Notes: generated by a model not told the origin, from the sequence alone. 64,000 nt of DNA from Acidimicrobiales bacterium (GCA_035294085.1 DATGLP010000006.1:77413-141412); one strand, 5' to 3'. Positions 25,866-34,686 are shown, counted from the first letter of the stretch. A program made the numbers and translations.

Positions 25866-28800
25866 TCAGCCGCGCCCGCCGAGCGCCGCCGCGGCCGCCG
25901 CCCGGGCGGCCGCGCACGCCGCGGGCAGGTCGGCGACCTCGACCTCGACCGCCCCGCCGGGCGCGGCGAGGAAGACGAAGGTGAAGCGGTCGACCGGGCG
26001 GCCGAGCGCGCCGCCGAGGGCGAGGGCGTAGGCGCCGGCCTGCAGGCGGTGGCCGGCCGCGGCGGCGCGGGCCAGGCCGGGGGCGGCGAGCACGTCCGTC
26101 TTGTAGTCGACCGCGACGAGCTCGCCCCCCTGCACGAACACGAGGTCCACGACGCCGTCGAGGTTGCCCTCCGGCAGCACCGCCGTGACGGGGACCTCGC
26201 GCTCGACGACGTCGGCGAGCGCCGCGCGCCGCAAGACCGGCGACGCGAGCGCGGCCGAGGCGAGGGAGGCCACGCTCGCGGCGAGCTCGGGGCAGCCCTC
26301 GGCGGCGGCCGTGCGGCGCGCCAGGGCCGCGAGGTCGTCGCCGCCCCGCAGGTCGACCACCTGGAGCAGCGCGTGGACCGCCCGGCCGAGGGCCGTCGCG
26401 GCCCGGCGCTCGGCCTCCTCGGGGACGGTGGCGACGAGGGCGGTTGCCGCCACGCTCGTCGGTCGGCCGGCCGACGCGGCGAGCTGCGCACGGCGCGCGA
26501 GCAGGGCGTCGTAGGCAGGCTCGTCGACGGGGGGGTCCGGCTCGGCGCCGGGCGCGCCGAGCGCCCGACCGGGTGCCGGGGCGCGGCGCGGGCCGAGGCG
26601 ACGCCACGAGCCGGGCGCCGCCTCGAGGCGGCTGGCGACGAGCTCGGCGAGCGACGGCCGGCCCGAGCGCGCCGGCGCGTGGTGGAGCGCGACGACGAGG
26701 TGGTCGCGGGCGCGGGTCGCGCCGACGTAGGCGAGCCGCCGCCGCTCGCCCTCCTCGCGGCGCGCCTCCTCGGCGGCGAGCGCGGCGAACCCCGGGGTCT
26801 CGAGGCCGGCGCGCACCCGCAGCTCGGGCCGTCCGTCCCCGCCGACCACGAGGCGCGGGCCGGACTGGGCGGACGCAGCGCTGCCGAGCTCGGCGAGCAC
26901 GACGATCGGGAACTCGAGGCCCTTCGCGCCGTGCACCGTGCGAATGGAGACCGCGTCGCCCTGCTCGCCGGGCGCCTCGACGAGGCGCGCGTTGTTGGCG
27001 GCGCGCAGCTCCGCCCACGCCAGCAGCTCGGCGAGGCCGGTGCCGCCCGCCTCGGCGAAGGCGCGCGCCTCCTCGACGACGAAGTCGATCCGGCGCACGG
27101 CCTCGGGCCCGTGGCGCAGCGCGACGGCGAGCTGGCGCGCGCGCCGCTCGTGGACGAGCGCGAGGACGGTGTCGACCACTCCGCTCAGTCGGCAGCGCAC
27201 GGCGGCCTCGGCGAGGTAGTCGAGGGCGGTCGCGACCCGCTCGGGGGAGCCGACGGGCCGCGGCGCGTCGAGGCTCCAGCTCCCGCCCGCGCGCCGGTGG
27301 GCGAGGAGGTCGTCGTCGCTGCAGCCGAACAGCGGGGTACGCAGCGCCGCGACGACGGCGGAGGCGTCCGCGGGGTAGGCGAGGGCGCGCAGGCAGGCCA
27401 GGAGGTCGCGCACCTCCTGCGCCCGGTAGACGAGGGAGACGGACTCGACCCGGTAGGGGACGCCGGCGTCGTCGAGCGCCTCCTCGAAGACGGCGAGACC
27501 GGTGCGGCGCGGCACGAGGAGGGCGACGTCGCCGAAGCGCGCCGGGCGGCGCGCGCCTGCGACCTCGACCGTCCAGCCCTCCTCGACCGCCCGCACGATC
27601 GCCTCGGCGACGTCGGCCGCCTCCCGGGCGCGCCGCTCGTCCGCCCGCTCGCGGCCCTCGGCGGCACCGCCGAGCACGACGACCGGGGCGCCCCCGTCGA
27701 GCGCCGGCCGCACCGGCGTGAGCGGCGCGAAGCGGGCCGGTGCCTCGCCGTCGGGGACGAGGAGGGGGCCGAAGACGGCGTTCACGAAGTCGACGACGCC
27801 GGGAACGGAGCGGAAGCTCGTGACGAGCTCCGTCGGCCCCTCCGGCACCAGCTCGGCGAGCGCGCCGAGGTAGGCGTCGAGGTCGGCACCGCGGAAGCGG
27901 TAGATGGACTGGCGCGGGTCGCCGACGAAGAAGAGCTTGCCGGGCACCGCCGTGCCGGAGGCGTCCTCAGCGAGGAGGCGGACGATGTCGAGCTGGAGCG
28001 GGTCGGTGTCCTGGAACTCGTCGACGAGGAGGTAGCGGTAGCGGCGGCGGAGGCGCTCGAGGACCGCCGGTGACGAGCGGAGCAGACCCATCGCCCGCGC
28101 GAGCAGGTCGTGGAAGCGCAGCTCGCCCCGGGTGCAGCGCTCTGCCGCCGCTCGGCGGGCCTCGACGGCGAGGCGACGGGCGAGGGTGGCGAGGACCTCG
28201 CCGGAGAGCCTCGACACGACCGCCCTGCGCTCGTCCTCGAGGTCGGCGATCGCACGGCGCAGGCCGTCGAGCGGACCGCCCCCCGCCCCGCTGCTCCTGC
28301 GGCCCGCCCTGCACGCCGGGACGGAGCACAGCCACTCGAGGTGGTCGAGCCAGTCGTGCCCGGGCGGGCGCCTCGACGCGGCGGCAGCCACCTCGGCGGC
28401 CACCGCCTCGAGGGTGTCGGCCCCGGGCGCACCGCTCGAGGCGGCGAGGACCTCGCCGATGGACGCGGCGAGCTGCTCGCTCGCCGCGAGGACCTCGGCG
28501 CCGAGGGGCTCGAGGTCCGGCACGGCGAGGCCCTCCAGGCGGTCCCAGCACTCGTCGAGGCGCGCGGCGAGCGCCTCGACGTGGCGCAGCGTGAGCCCGA
28601 CGGCGAGGGCCGCGCCGAGGAGCGCGGCGCCCGCCGGCTCGCCCGCCAGGCGCTCGGCGAGGTCACCGAGGCGGCGTTCGAGCTCGAGCGCGCCGGCGAC
28701 CTCGTCGAGGACCCGGAAGCGCAGCGGCAGCCCCGCCTCGAGGGGGTGCTCGGCGAGCAGGGAGTGCGCAAAGCCGTGGATCGTGGTGATCGCCGCGTCG

Positions 28801-29090
28801 TCGAGGTGCGCGAGGGCGGTGCGCGCCCAGCCCCCCTCCGCCCCGGCCGCCTCCTCGGCGAGCGCGCGCTGCAGCCGCTCGCGCAGCTCCGCGGCAGCCG
28901 CCTCGGTGAAGGTGATCGCCGCGATCTCCTCGATCGGCGCGCGCCCGGTCCGCACGAGGGCGAGGACGCGCCCGACGAGGGCTCCGGTCTTGCCCGTGCC
29001 GGCACCCGCCTCGACGAAGAGCGTCTCGTCGAGGCAGGCACGCACCCGCTCGCGCGCCGCGGCGTCGGGGAGCGCGGCGCGCTCAGGCAT
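25866..29090 (-). CDS. UvrD/Rep-type helicase fused to PD-(D/E)XK nuclease (AddA/AdnB-like subunit)
   Basis: In-frame ATG 29090 overlaps the upstream gene's stop by 8 nt (ATGCCTGA). The protein has Walker A EAGAGTGKTGALV, LLVDEFQDTDPLQ and GDPRQSIYRFRGA, and the C-terminal nuclease motif VVDLVFVQGGELVAVDYKTD. The product is 1074 aa. Confidence 0.85.
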   Translation of the reverse strand: MPERAALPDAAARERVRACLDETLFVEAGAGTGKTGALVGRVLALVRTGRAPIEEIAAITFTEAAAAELRERLQRALAEEAAGAEGGWARTALAHLDDAAITTIHGFAHSLLAEHPLEAGLPLRFRVLDEVAGALELERRLGDLAERLAGEPAGAALLGAALAVGLTLRHVEALAARLDECWDRLEGLAVPDLEPLGAEVLAASEQLAASIGEVLAASSGAPGADTLEAVAAEVAAAASRRPPGHDWLDHLEWLCSVPACRAGRRSSGAGGGPLDGLRRAIADLEDERRAVVSRLSGEVLATLARRLAVEARRAAAERCTRGELRFHDLLARAMGLLRSSPAVLERLRRRYRYLLVDEFQDTDPLQLDIVRLLAEDASGTAVPGKLFFVGDPRQSIYRFRGADLDAYLGALAELVPEGPTELVTSFRSVPGVVDFVNAVFGPLLVPDGEAPARFAPLTPVRPALDGGAPVVVLGGAAEGRERADERRAREAADVAEAIVRAVEEGWTVEVAGARRPARFGDVALLVPRRTGLAVFEEALDDAGVPYRVESVSLVYRAQEVRDLLACLRALAYPADASAVVAALRTPLFGCSDDDLLAHRRAGGSWSLDAPRPVGSPERVATALDYLAEAAVRCRLSGVVDTVLALVHERRARQLAVALRHGPEAVRRIDFVVEEARAFAEAGGTGLAELLAWAELRAANNARLVEAPGEQGDAVSIRTVHGAKGLEFPIVVLAELGSAASAQSGPRLVVGGDGRPELRVRAGLETPGFAALAAEEARREEGERRRLAYVGATRARDHLVVALHHAPARSGRPSLAELVASRLEAAPGSWRRLGPRRAPAPGRALGAPGAEPDPPVDEPAYDALLARRAQLAASAGRPTSVAATALVATVPEEAERRAATALGRAVHALLQVVDLRGGDDLAALARRTAAAEGCPELAASVASLASAALASPVLRRAALADVVEREVPVTAVLPEGNLDGVVDLVFVQGGELVAVDYKTDVLAAPGLARAAAAGHRLQAGAYALALGGALGRPVDRFTFVFLAAPGGAVEVEVADLPAACAAARAAAAAALGGRG

Positions 29091-32000
29091 CGCCCGCCTG
29101 CTCGACGAGGGACACGTAGGCGGCGAGCTCGGGGGCGGCGCGCGCCTCGTCCCAGGCGCGCGCCCGGTCCGCGACGCACAGGCGGTCGAAGTCGCAGCGG
29201 CGGCAGTGCGCGAACCCGCCGCGCTCGGCTCGGCCCGGGCGCAGCGGGAAGCACCCGGCATCGATCGAGGACACGAGGACGGTGAGGACCTCCTCGAGGC
29301 GCCGCACCGTCGCCTCGTCCACCTCGATACCGAAACGGTCGCCGCCGTGGTCGAGGAAGCGGTAGGTGGCGGCGACGCGCGCCGGCTCGCCGTCGAGGGA
29401 GCGCGCGGCGAGACCGTAGAGGGGGAGCTGGAGGTGGCGCCCGGCGTCGACCGGGTCGCGCTCGAGGCCGGCGAAGTCGTTCGGGGCGCCGGACTTGTAG
29501 TCGATGACGGCGAGCGTGCCGTCCGGTGCGCGGTCGATACGGTCGATCGTCCCGCGAAAGGCGAGCTCGCGGCCGGCGATGCGCAGCCGCACGGGGGGCT
29601 GCCCGGCCATGCCGAAGGAGCGCTCGACGGCGACCGGAACCGCGCCCGACGCGGCGCGCCGCGCCGCGTCGCGTCGGCGCTCGGCCTCGAGGAGGGCGAG
29701 GAGCTGCCGGCGTCGGCGCAGCCACAGGGCGGGCCGGCCCGTACGGCCGAGCCGCTCGTAGCGGGCGAAGACCTCCTCCGCGATCGCCGCGAGGCGCGCC
29801 TCGCTGCCGGGGCCGTCGCCGGCCTCCTCGACGGGGGCCTCGACGAGCTCGCGCACGAAGCGCTCCAGCACCTCGTGGAGGATCCGGCCGCGCTCGCGCG
29901 GGTCGAGGTCGAGGCGGGCCTCCGGCGGGTCGACGACCTCGCAGCCGAGCTCGTGCTCGAGGAAGTAGGCGAACGGACACGTGGCGTAGCGCTCGAGGGT
30001 CGTCGGCGAGAACGCCCTGGTGGCGAGCGTCTCGGCGAGGCCGCGGACGCCCACACGTCCGCTGTAGGGTCCGAAGGCCTGCCGCCCGCCGATGAGCTCG
30101 AGACCGGCGCGAAGCTGCGGGGCTCGCCCGACGAGGAAGTGCCTGGCGAGCGGCTCCCCGCCACGGCGCGCCCGCTCCAGGAGGGCGACCTCGAGTTCGT
30201 CGCGCCCGATCGGTGGCCAGGAGCTCCGGGCCGGCAGGCCGTCACCGGCGGGCGCGGGGACGAAGCGCGAGCGGACCGGCCGCCGCCCGGTCGTCCCGTC
30301 GCGTCGAGGGAGGGCGACGACCGCGCGCACGCACGACCTGGCCGCAGCGAGCAGGCGCCTGCGGTCGGCGACCACCACCTCCGCCGCGCTCGCGGCCGCG
30401 AGCCCGAGGGCCCTCCGCTGCGCCTGGCCGAGCAGCGGGCTCGAGCGCGCCCGCCGGGGGAGCGCACCCTCGACGCAGCCGAGCACGACGGCGCTGTCGA
30501 GGTCGAGGCCGGCGGCCAACTCGAGCGGCGCGAGGAGGATCCCTGACCCGAGGTGGCCGGACGGCGCGGCCGAGCGGTCCAGCGCGCGCGCCACGGCCGC
30601 AGAAAAGCGCGTCAGGTCGGGCGACGGGTCGAGGCCGTCCAGCTCGGCGAGGCTCTCGAGGGCACCGACGACGGCGCGGTCGGCTGGACCGGCGAAGCCG
30701 GGCCACGAAGCGCGCTCCTCGTCGGGACCGAGGTACGCCCGGAGGAGCGACGCCGCCCACTCGACGAAACCCGACCAGCGCGCGAGGCGGGTTCCGGCCG
30801 CGAGCCGCGCCTCGAGCCCGGTGACGAAGCGCGCCAGGGCGGTGGCCGCCAGCTCGGCGCGCTCGGCGCCGCCGCCCGGCGCCACCTCGGTGCCGTCGGC
30901 GCCCTTCCCGGAGCGCCGGCGCGCCTCGACGCTGGCCTCCTCGACGAGCGCGCCGAGCTGGCGCCGCCAGGCGGCGGCGTCGCCGCCGACCACGCCCGCA
31001 AGACGCGAGCAGCGGTCCCACTCCCCGAGCGGCGCGAGGCCCCCGTCGGGGTCGCGCACCGGACCGGCCGCGAGGAGCGCCACGACGCCCGAACGGCTGA
31101 GGCCGCCCTCCGCGAGCGCGAGGAGGCAGGCGAGGACCCGCGCGGTCGGGGCGTCGGCGAGGCGCCTCGGGCTCGGCCCGTTCCAGGCGAGGCCGGCCTC
31201 CTCCAGGCATGCCGCCGCACGCGAGGCGTAGCGGCGCCACGACGTGCACAGGAGGGCCAGGCGGGCGGGCTCGGCACCCGCCTCGAGGCGCTCGAGGAGG
31301 AGGCGCACGGCGGCACGCACCTCGGCGTCGGGGTCCTCGGCCTCGAGGACGCGCAGGCCAGCGACGGCCGTGTCGGCCTCGCCCGGCGAGGGCGGGTCCG
31401 GAAGCTCGCCGACGAGGGTGAGGCCGGCGGCGACCAGCTCGCGCACGAGCTCGGCCGCTGGCGCGTCCGCGGCGGGGTCGCCGACGAGTCCGACGTGGAC
31501 GGTGAGCGCCCCGGCCCGGCCGAGCGCGGCGAGGAGACGCCGCTCGGCCGGCGAGAGGTCCTCGGGGAGGTGGACGACGACGCTGCCGATGCGGCCTTCC
31601 GGCCACGACTCGAGCGCTCGGCGCGCTGCCTCGAGGCGGTCGACGTCGTCGTGGAACCTCGGCTCGAGGGCGGCGCGCATGGCACGCACCAGCCGGACGA
31701 GGTCGCGGTCGTGCCGCTCGAGGCGCGCGAGCGCCGCGAGCCCGTCCTCGTGGCGGCGCAGGTCGAGGTAGACGGTGGCGAGCTCCGCCTCCGTCGACGG
31801 GTGCGCTGCCACCGCGGCGAGCCGGCCGGGCGACGCACGCAGCGCGCCGCGCGCCGCCGCCGCGAGCGCCGCCGCCGTAGCCGGTCGCCGCTCGCCGAGC
31901 AGGCCGGCGCGGCTCGCGAGCGACGCGGCGAGGTCGGCGAGGGGTTCGAGGCGCACGTTCACGAGGCCGGTGCGCCCCCCGGCCCGGGCGAGCCGGCGGC

Positions 32001-32130
32001 GCAGGTCGAAGGCGGCGCGACGGGAGGCGACGACGACGTGGACCGGCGCGAGGGGATCTGCCTCCTTCGCCGCCTCCACCGCCTCAGCCAGCGCAGCGAA
32101 GGCGGGGGGGCCGTAGGCGACGGTGCGCAC
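29083..32130 (-). CDS. AddB/AdnA-like nuclease subunit with degenerate motor domain and Fe-S cysteine staple
   Basis: ORF 29083..32280. I chose GTG 32130 (VRTVAYGPP...) to leave an intergenic gap to cysH, so the start is uncertain. The C-terminal nuclease motif is IDRIDRAPDGTLAVIDYKSG. The cysteines RYATCPFAYF ... HCRRCDFDRLC match the AddB C...CX2CX5C pattern. I found no GxGKT/S Walker A anywhere in the translation. Confidence 0.75.
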   Translation of the reverse strand: MRTVAYGPPAFAALAEAVEAAKEADPLAPVHVVVASRRAAFDLRRRLARAGGRTGLVNVRLEPLADLAASLASRAGLLGERRPATAAALAAAARGALRASPGRLAAVAAHPSTEAELATVYLDLRRHEDGLAALARLERHDRDLVRLVRAMRAALEPRFHDDVDRLEAARRALESWPEGRIGSVVVHLPEDLSPAERRLLAALGRAGALTVHVGLVGDPAADAPAAELVRELVAAGLTLVGELPDPPSPGEADTAVAGLRVLEAEDPDAEVRAAVRLLLERLEAGAEPARLALLCTSWRRYASRAAACLEEAGLAWNGPSPRRLADAPTARVLACLLALAEGGLSRSGVVALLAAGPVRDPDGGLAPLGEWDRCSRLAGVVGGDAAAWRRQLGALVEEASVEARRRSGKGADGTEVAPGGGAERAELAATALARFVTGLEARLAAGTRLARWSGFVEWAASLLRAYLGPDEERASWPGFAGPADRAVVGALESLAELDGLDPSPDLTRFSAAVARALDRSAAPSGHLGSGILLAPLELAAGLDLDSAVVLGCVEGALPRRARSSPLLGQAQRRALGLAAASAAEVVVADRRRLLAAARSCVRAVVALPRRDGTTGRRPVRSRFVPAPAGDGLPARSSWPPIGRDELEVALLERARRGGEPLARHFLVGRAPQLRAGLELIGGRQAFGPYSGRVGVRGLAETLATRAFSPTTLERYATCPFAYFLEHELGCEVVDPPEARLDLDPRERGRILHEVLERFVRELVEAPVEEAGDGPGSEARLAAIAEEVFARYERLGRTGRPALWLRRRRQLLALLEAERRRDAARRAASGAVPVAVERSFGMAGQPPVRLRIAGRELAFRGTIDRIDRAPDGTLAVIDYKSGAPNDFAGLERDPVDAGRHLQLPLYGLAARSLDGEPARVAATYRFLDHGGDRFGIEVDEATVRRLEEVLTVLVSSIDAGCFPLRPGRAERGGFAHCRRCDFDRLCVADRARAWDEARAAPELAAYVSLVEQAGDA

Positions 32131-32227
32131 GCGGCCCGGCACGGCGGTCGAGCCTACGAGCCGGCTGTCGCGCCGCAGGGCCCGGCGGCCGCCTCGCTGC
32201 GCGCGCCGCGCGCCCCCGAGCGGCTCG

Positions 32228-32938
32228 TCAGAGGTGCAGGCCGCACTCGGTCTTGCCCGTGCCGGCCCAGCGACCGGCACGCGGGTGGTCGCCCTCCGCG
32301 ACCGGGGCGGTGACCGGCGCGCAGCCGATCGAGCGGTACCCGCGTGCGCTGAGCGGGTGACGCGGCAGGCCCCGCTGCGCGACGTACGCGTCGACGTCGT
32401 CCTCGGTCCAGGTGGCGATGGGGTTCACCTTGACCACCCCCTTGCCAGGGTCGAAGCCGACGACCGGCGCGTCGGCGCGCTCGGGCGTGTCGACCCGCTT
32501 CACGCCGGTGACCCACGCGTCGTAGTCGCGCAGCAGCTCGCGAAGCGGCGCGACCTTGCGCCGCTCGCAGCAGTCCGGCGCGCCGCAGGGGGACTCCTCG
32601 GGCCCGAGGCCGGCGGAGACGACGCGCACGGTGAACCCGTAGCGGCGCTCGACCTGGCGCAGGTAGGCGAGCGTCTCGGGGAAGTGGAAGCCGGTGTCGA
32701 GGAACGCGATCGGCACCTCGGGTGCCACGCGCCGCACGAGGTCGACGAGGACGCAGTCCTGGAACGACGAGGTGACGAGGATGCGCTCTCGAAAGCGCGA
32801 GGCGGCCCAGCGGAGCACCTCGAGGGGGCTCTCCGTCTCGAGCGCCTCGGCGACCTCGGCGAGCTCGGCGAGCGCGATCGCCCCGGGAGGCGCCGCTTCC
32901 TCGGTGGCGTCGGGTTCCCGGCCCATGACGGCGGCCAC
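32228..32938 (-). CDS. cysH: Adenylyl-sulfate/phosphoadenylyl-sulfate reductase (thioredoxin-dependent), CysH family
   Basis: It has a PAPS_reduct fold (ILVTSSFQDCVLVDL, FLDTGFHFPETL), the CC pair (PDCCERRKV) and the catalytic KTECGLH at the C-terminus. The SIGC-x-PCT motif reads SIGCAPVT here. Confidence 0.9.
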   Translation of the reverse strand: MAAVMGREPDATEEAAPPGAIALAELAEVAEALETESPLEVLRWAASRFRERILVTSSFQDCVLVDLVRRVAPEVPIAFLDTGFHFPETLAYLRQVERRYGFTVRVVSAGLGPEESPCGAPDCCERRKVAPLRELLRDYDAWVTGVKRVDTPERADAPVVGFDPGKGVVKVNPIATWTEDDVDAYVAQRGLPRHPLSARGYRSIGCAPVTAPVAEGDHPRAGRWAGTGKTECGLHL

Positions 32939-32987
32939 CGTACCTCCCCGCGCGCCGCGGCGTGGGCAGCAACTGCGATCGACCCGA

Positions 32988-33020
32988 TCAGGAATATATC
33001 CTGACCTGACGAGTCAGGAA
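32988..33020. promoter_or_regulatory. AT-rich operator-like inverted repeats in the divergent cysH / sirC-like intergenic region
   Basis: TCAGGA-ATATA-TCCTGA (32988-33004) is immediately followed by CCTGAC-GA-GTCAGG (33005-33018). TCAGGAAT occurs twice in direct orientation (32988 and 33014). On the minus strand the first spacer gives TATATT, a good -10 for cysH. TAGGCT (33022-33027) lies 6 nt before the GTG of the sirC-like gene, which suggests a leaderless transcript. Confidence 0.5.
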
Positions 33021-33033
33021 TTAGGCTCGCACC

Positions 33034-33732
33034 GTGCCACTCGACGCACCGGCCCTACCCGTCTCGCTCGTCGTGGCGGGCCGCCGCTGCCTCGTCGTCG
33101 GCGGCGGCCCGGTCGCGCTGCGGAAGGCGTCGGCGCTCTGCGAGGCGGGCGCCGCGCTCACGGCCGTCGCGCCGAGCTTCGTCGAGGGCTTCCTCGAGCT
33201 GCCGGCCCGCCTCCACCGGCGCCCCTACCAGCCGGGCGAGGCCGCCAGCTACCGTCTCGTCGTCGCGGCGACTGGTCGGCGCGAGGTGGACCGGCAGGTC
33301 TCCGCCGACGCGGAGGCGGCCGGCGTCCTCGTCAACGCCGTCGACGACCCGGCGAGCTGCTCGCTCATCTGGCCAGCCGTGCTGCGCCGCGGCTGCGTGA
33401 CGGTCGCGGTGTCGACCGGCGGGGCGAGCCCCGCGCTCGCCAGCTGGCTGCGCGACCGCATCGCCGCGCTCGTCGGCCCGGAGACGGCGGTCCTCGCCGA
33501 GCTCGTCGGCGCGGCGCGCCGAGCCGTGCACGAGGCGGGCAGCTCGACCGAGGGCCTCGACTGGCCCGCGGCGATCGCGACGGCCGAGGGCGCACTCGCC
33601 GAGGGCGGCACCGAAGCAGCCGCCCGCGCCCTGGCGCGCTGGGTGACGGCAGCGCTCGGCCCGACGGGCTCCGGAGGGCCTGCCGGGCCGGACGGCGGGG
33701 CCCGCCAGGGCGGGACGCCGGGGGGCGGCTAA
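33034..33732 (+). CDS. Precorrin-2 dehydrogenase / sirohydrochlorin ferrochelatase (siroheme synthase N-terminal-domain type, SirC/Met8-like)
   Basis: It has the Rossmann motif LVVGGGPVALRKASALCEAGAALTAVAP, then VNAVDDPASCSLIWPAVLRRGCVTVAVSTGGASPALASWLR, typical of CysG-N/SirC. The product is 232 aa. Confidence 0.8.
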   Translation: MPLDAPALPVSLVVAGRRCLVVGGGPVALRKASALCEAGAALTAVAPSFVEGFLELPARLHRRPYQPGEAASYRLVVAATGRREVDRQVSADAEAAGVLVNAVDDPASCSLIWPAVLRRGCVTVAVSTGGASPALASWLRDRIAALVGPETAVLAELVGAARRAVHEAGSSTEGLDWPAAIATAEGALAEGGTEAAARALARWVTAALGPTGSGGPAGPDGGARQGGTPGGG

Positions 33733-33742
33733 CTTCCGGTCC

Positions 33743-34459
33743 GTGGCCGCAGACGCGAGCGAGCAGCGAGTTCCGCGCCACGTCGGCTGCGTGATGGACG
33801 GCAACGGCCGCTGGGCGCTCCAGCGGGGGCTGGCGCGCACCGAGGGCCACGCGGCCGGCGAGCGCGCCCTGCTCGAGGTCATCGACGGCGCCCTCGAGCT
33901 CGGAATCGAGTGGCTCACGGTCTACGCCTTCTCCACGGAGAACTGGCGGCGCCCACCGGACGAGGTGCGCTTCCTCATGCACTTCAACCGCGGCATCCTC
34001 GAGCGCCACCGGGACGAGCTGCACGCCAAGGGGGTCCGCATCCGCTTCGCCGGCCGGCGCGACTGGCGCGTGCCGAGGCGCCTGCTTCGCGACATGGACG
34101 CGGCGATGGAGCTCACCCGTGCCAACCGCCGGATGACGCTCACCATCTGCTTCAACTACGGCGGGCGCGCCGAGATCGTCGACGCCGTGCGCCGTCTCGT
34201 CGCCGATGGCGTCGACCCGGACAAGGTCGACGAGCGAGCGATCGGGGCGCGCCTGTACTACCCCGACATGCCCGACCCGGACCTCGTCGTGCGCACCTCG
34301 GGCGAGTACCGGATCTCGAACTTCCTCCTGTGGGAGCTCGCCTACTCCGAGCTCGTCTTCAGCGACGTGCTGTGGCCCGACTTCACCCGCGAGCACCTGT
34401 ACGCCGCGGTGGCCGAGTTCCGCCACCGCGAGCGCCGCTACGGCGGGATCGACCAGTGA
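33743..34459 (+). CDS. uppS: Isoprenyl transferase (undecaprenyl-diphosphate synthase family)
   Basis: It reads HVGCVMDGNGRWA, YAFSTENWRRPPDEV and RTSGEYRISNFLLWELAYSELVF, the canonical cis-prenyltransferase motifs. Confidence 0.93.
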   Translation: MAADASEQRVPRHVGCVMDGNGRWALQRGLARTEGHAAGERALLEVIDGALELGIEWLTVYAFSTENWRRPPDEVRFLMHFNRGILERHRDELHAKGVRIRFAGRRDWRVPRRLLRDMDAAMELTRANRRMTLTICFNYGGRAEIVDAVRRLVADGVDPDKVDERAIGARLYYPDMPDPDLVVRTSGEYRISNFLLWELAYSELVFSDVLWPDFTREHLYAAVAEFRHRERRYGGIDQ

Positions 34460-34686
34460 GCCGGGAGGTACCTCGCGGGGAGGGGGCAGCGGAGGCGCCC
34501 GTACCCTGGCGCACGTGGCTGTGGGACCACATCGGCCGGATCGCCGGCACCCTCCTCGGCCTCGCCCTCGTCGCCGCGATCGCGCTCCTCGCCGCCGCCG
34601 GCTTCAAGCCTGCCCTCGTGCTCCTCCTCGTCGTCGTCGCCGGCGCCGGCCTCGTCGCGCTCGGCGGCCGCCTGCGCGAGGACTGA
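34456..34686 (+). CDS. Small hypothetical membrane protein (two predicted TM helices)
   Basis: GTG 34456 forms a GTGA overlap with the uppS stop. The 76-aa product contains IAGTLLGLALVAAIALLAAAGF and ALVLLLVVVAGAGLVALGG. Third codon positions are almost all G/C. The gene ends 3 nt before recO. Confidence 0.55.
   Translation: MSREVPRGEGAAEAPVPWRTWLWDHIGRIAGTLLGLALVAAIALLAAAGFKPALVLLLVVVAGAGLVALGGRLRED

Noticed and set aside
29091-30467. The N-terminal 459-aa extension of ORF 25866..30467, which would make a 1533-aa helicase.
   Set aside because: The extension overlaps the 3' part of the AddB/AdnA-like gene in another frame and is Arg/Ser/Pro-rich. The UvrD N-terminus with Walker A begins right after ATG 29090, which overlaps the upstream stop in the usual coupled fashion.
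23902-32130. The DinG-like helicase plus two large nuclease/helicase genes, considered as a possible phage-defence island.
   Set aside because: The motifs match the housekeeping DSB-repair machinery (AddAB/AdnAB, DinG). No methyltransferase, TIR, Sir2, STAND, reverse-transcriptase or Cas-like genes are present. The flanks are conserved core genes (era, cysH).
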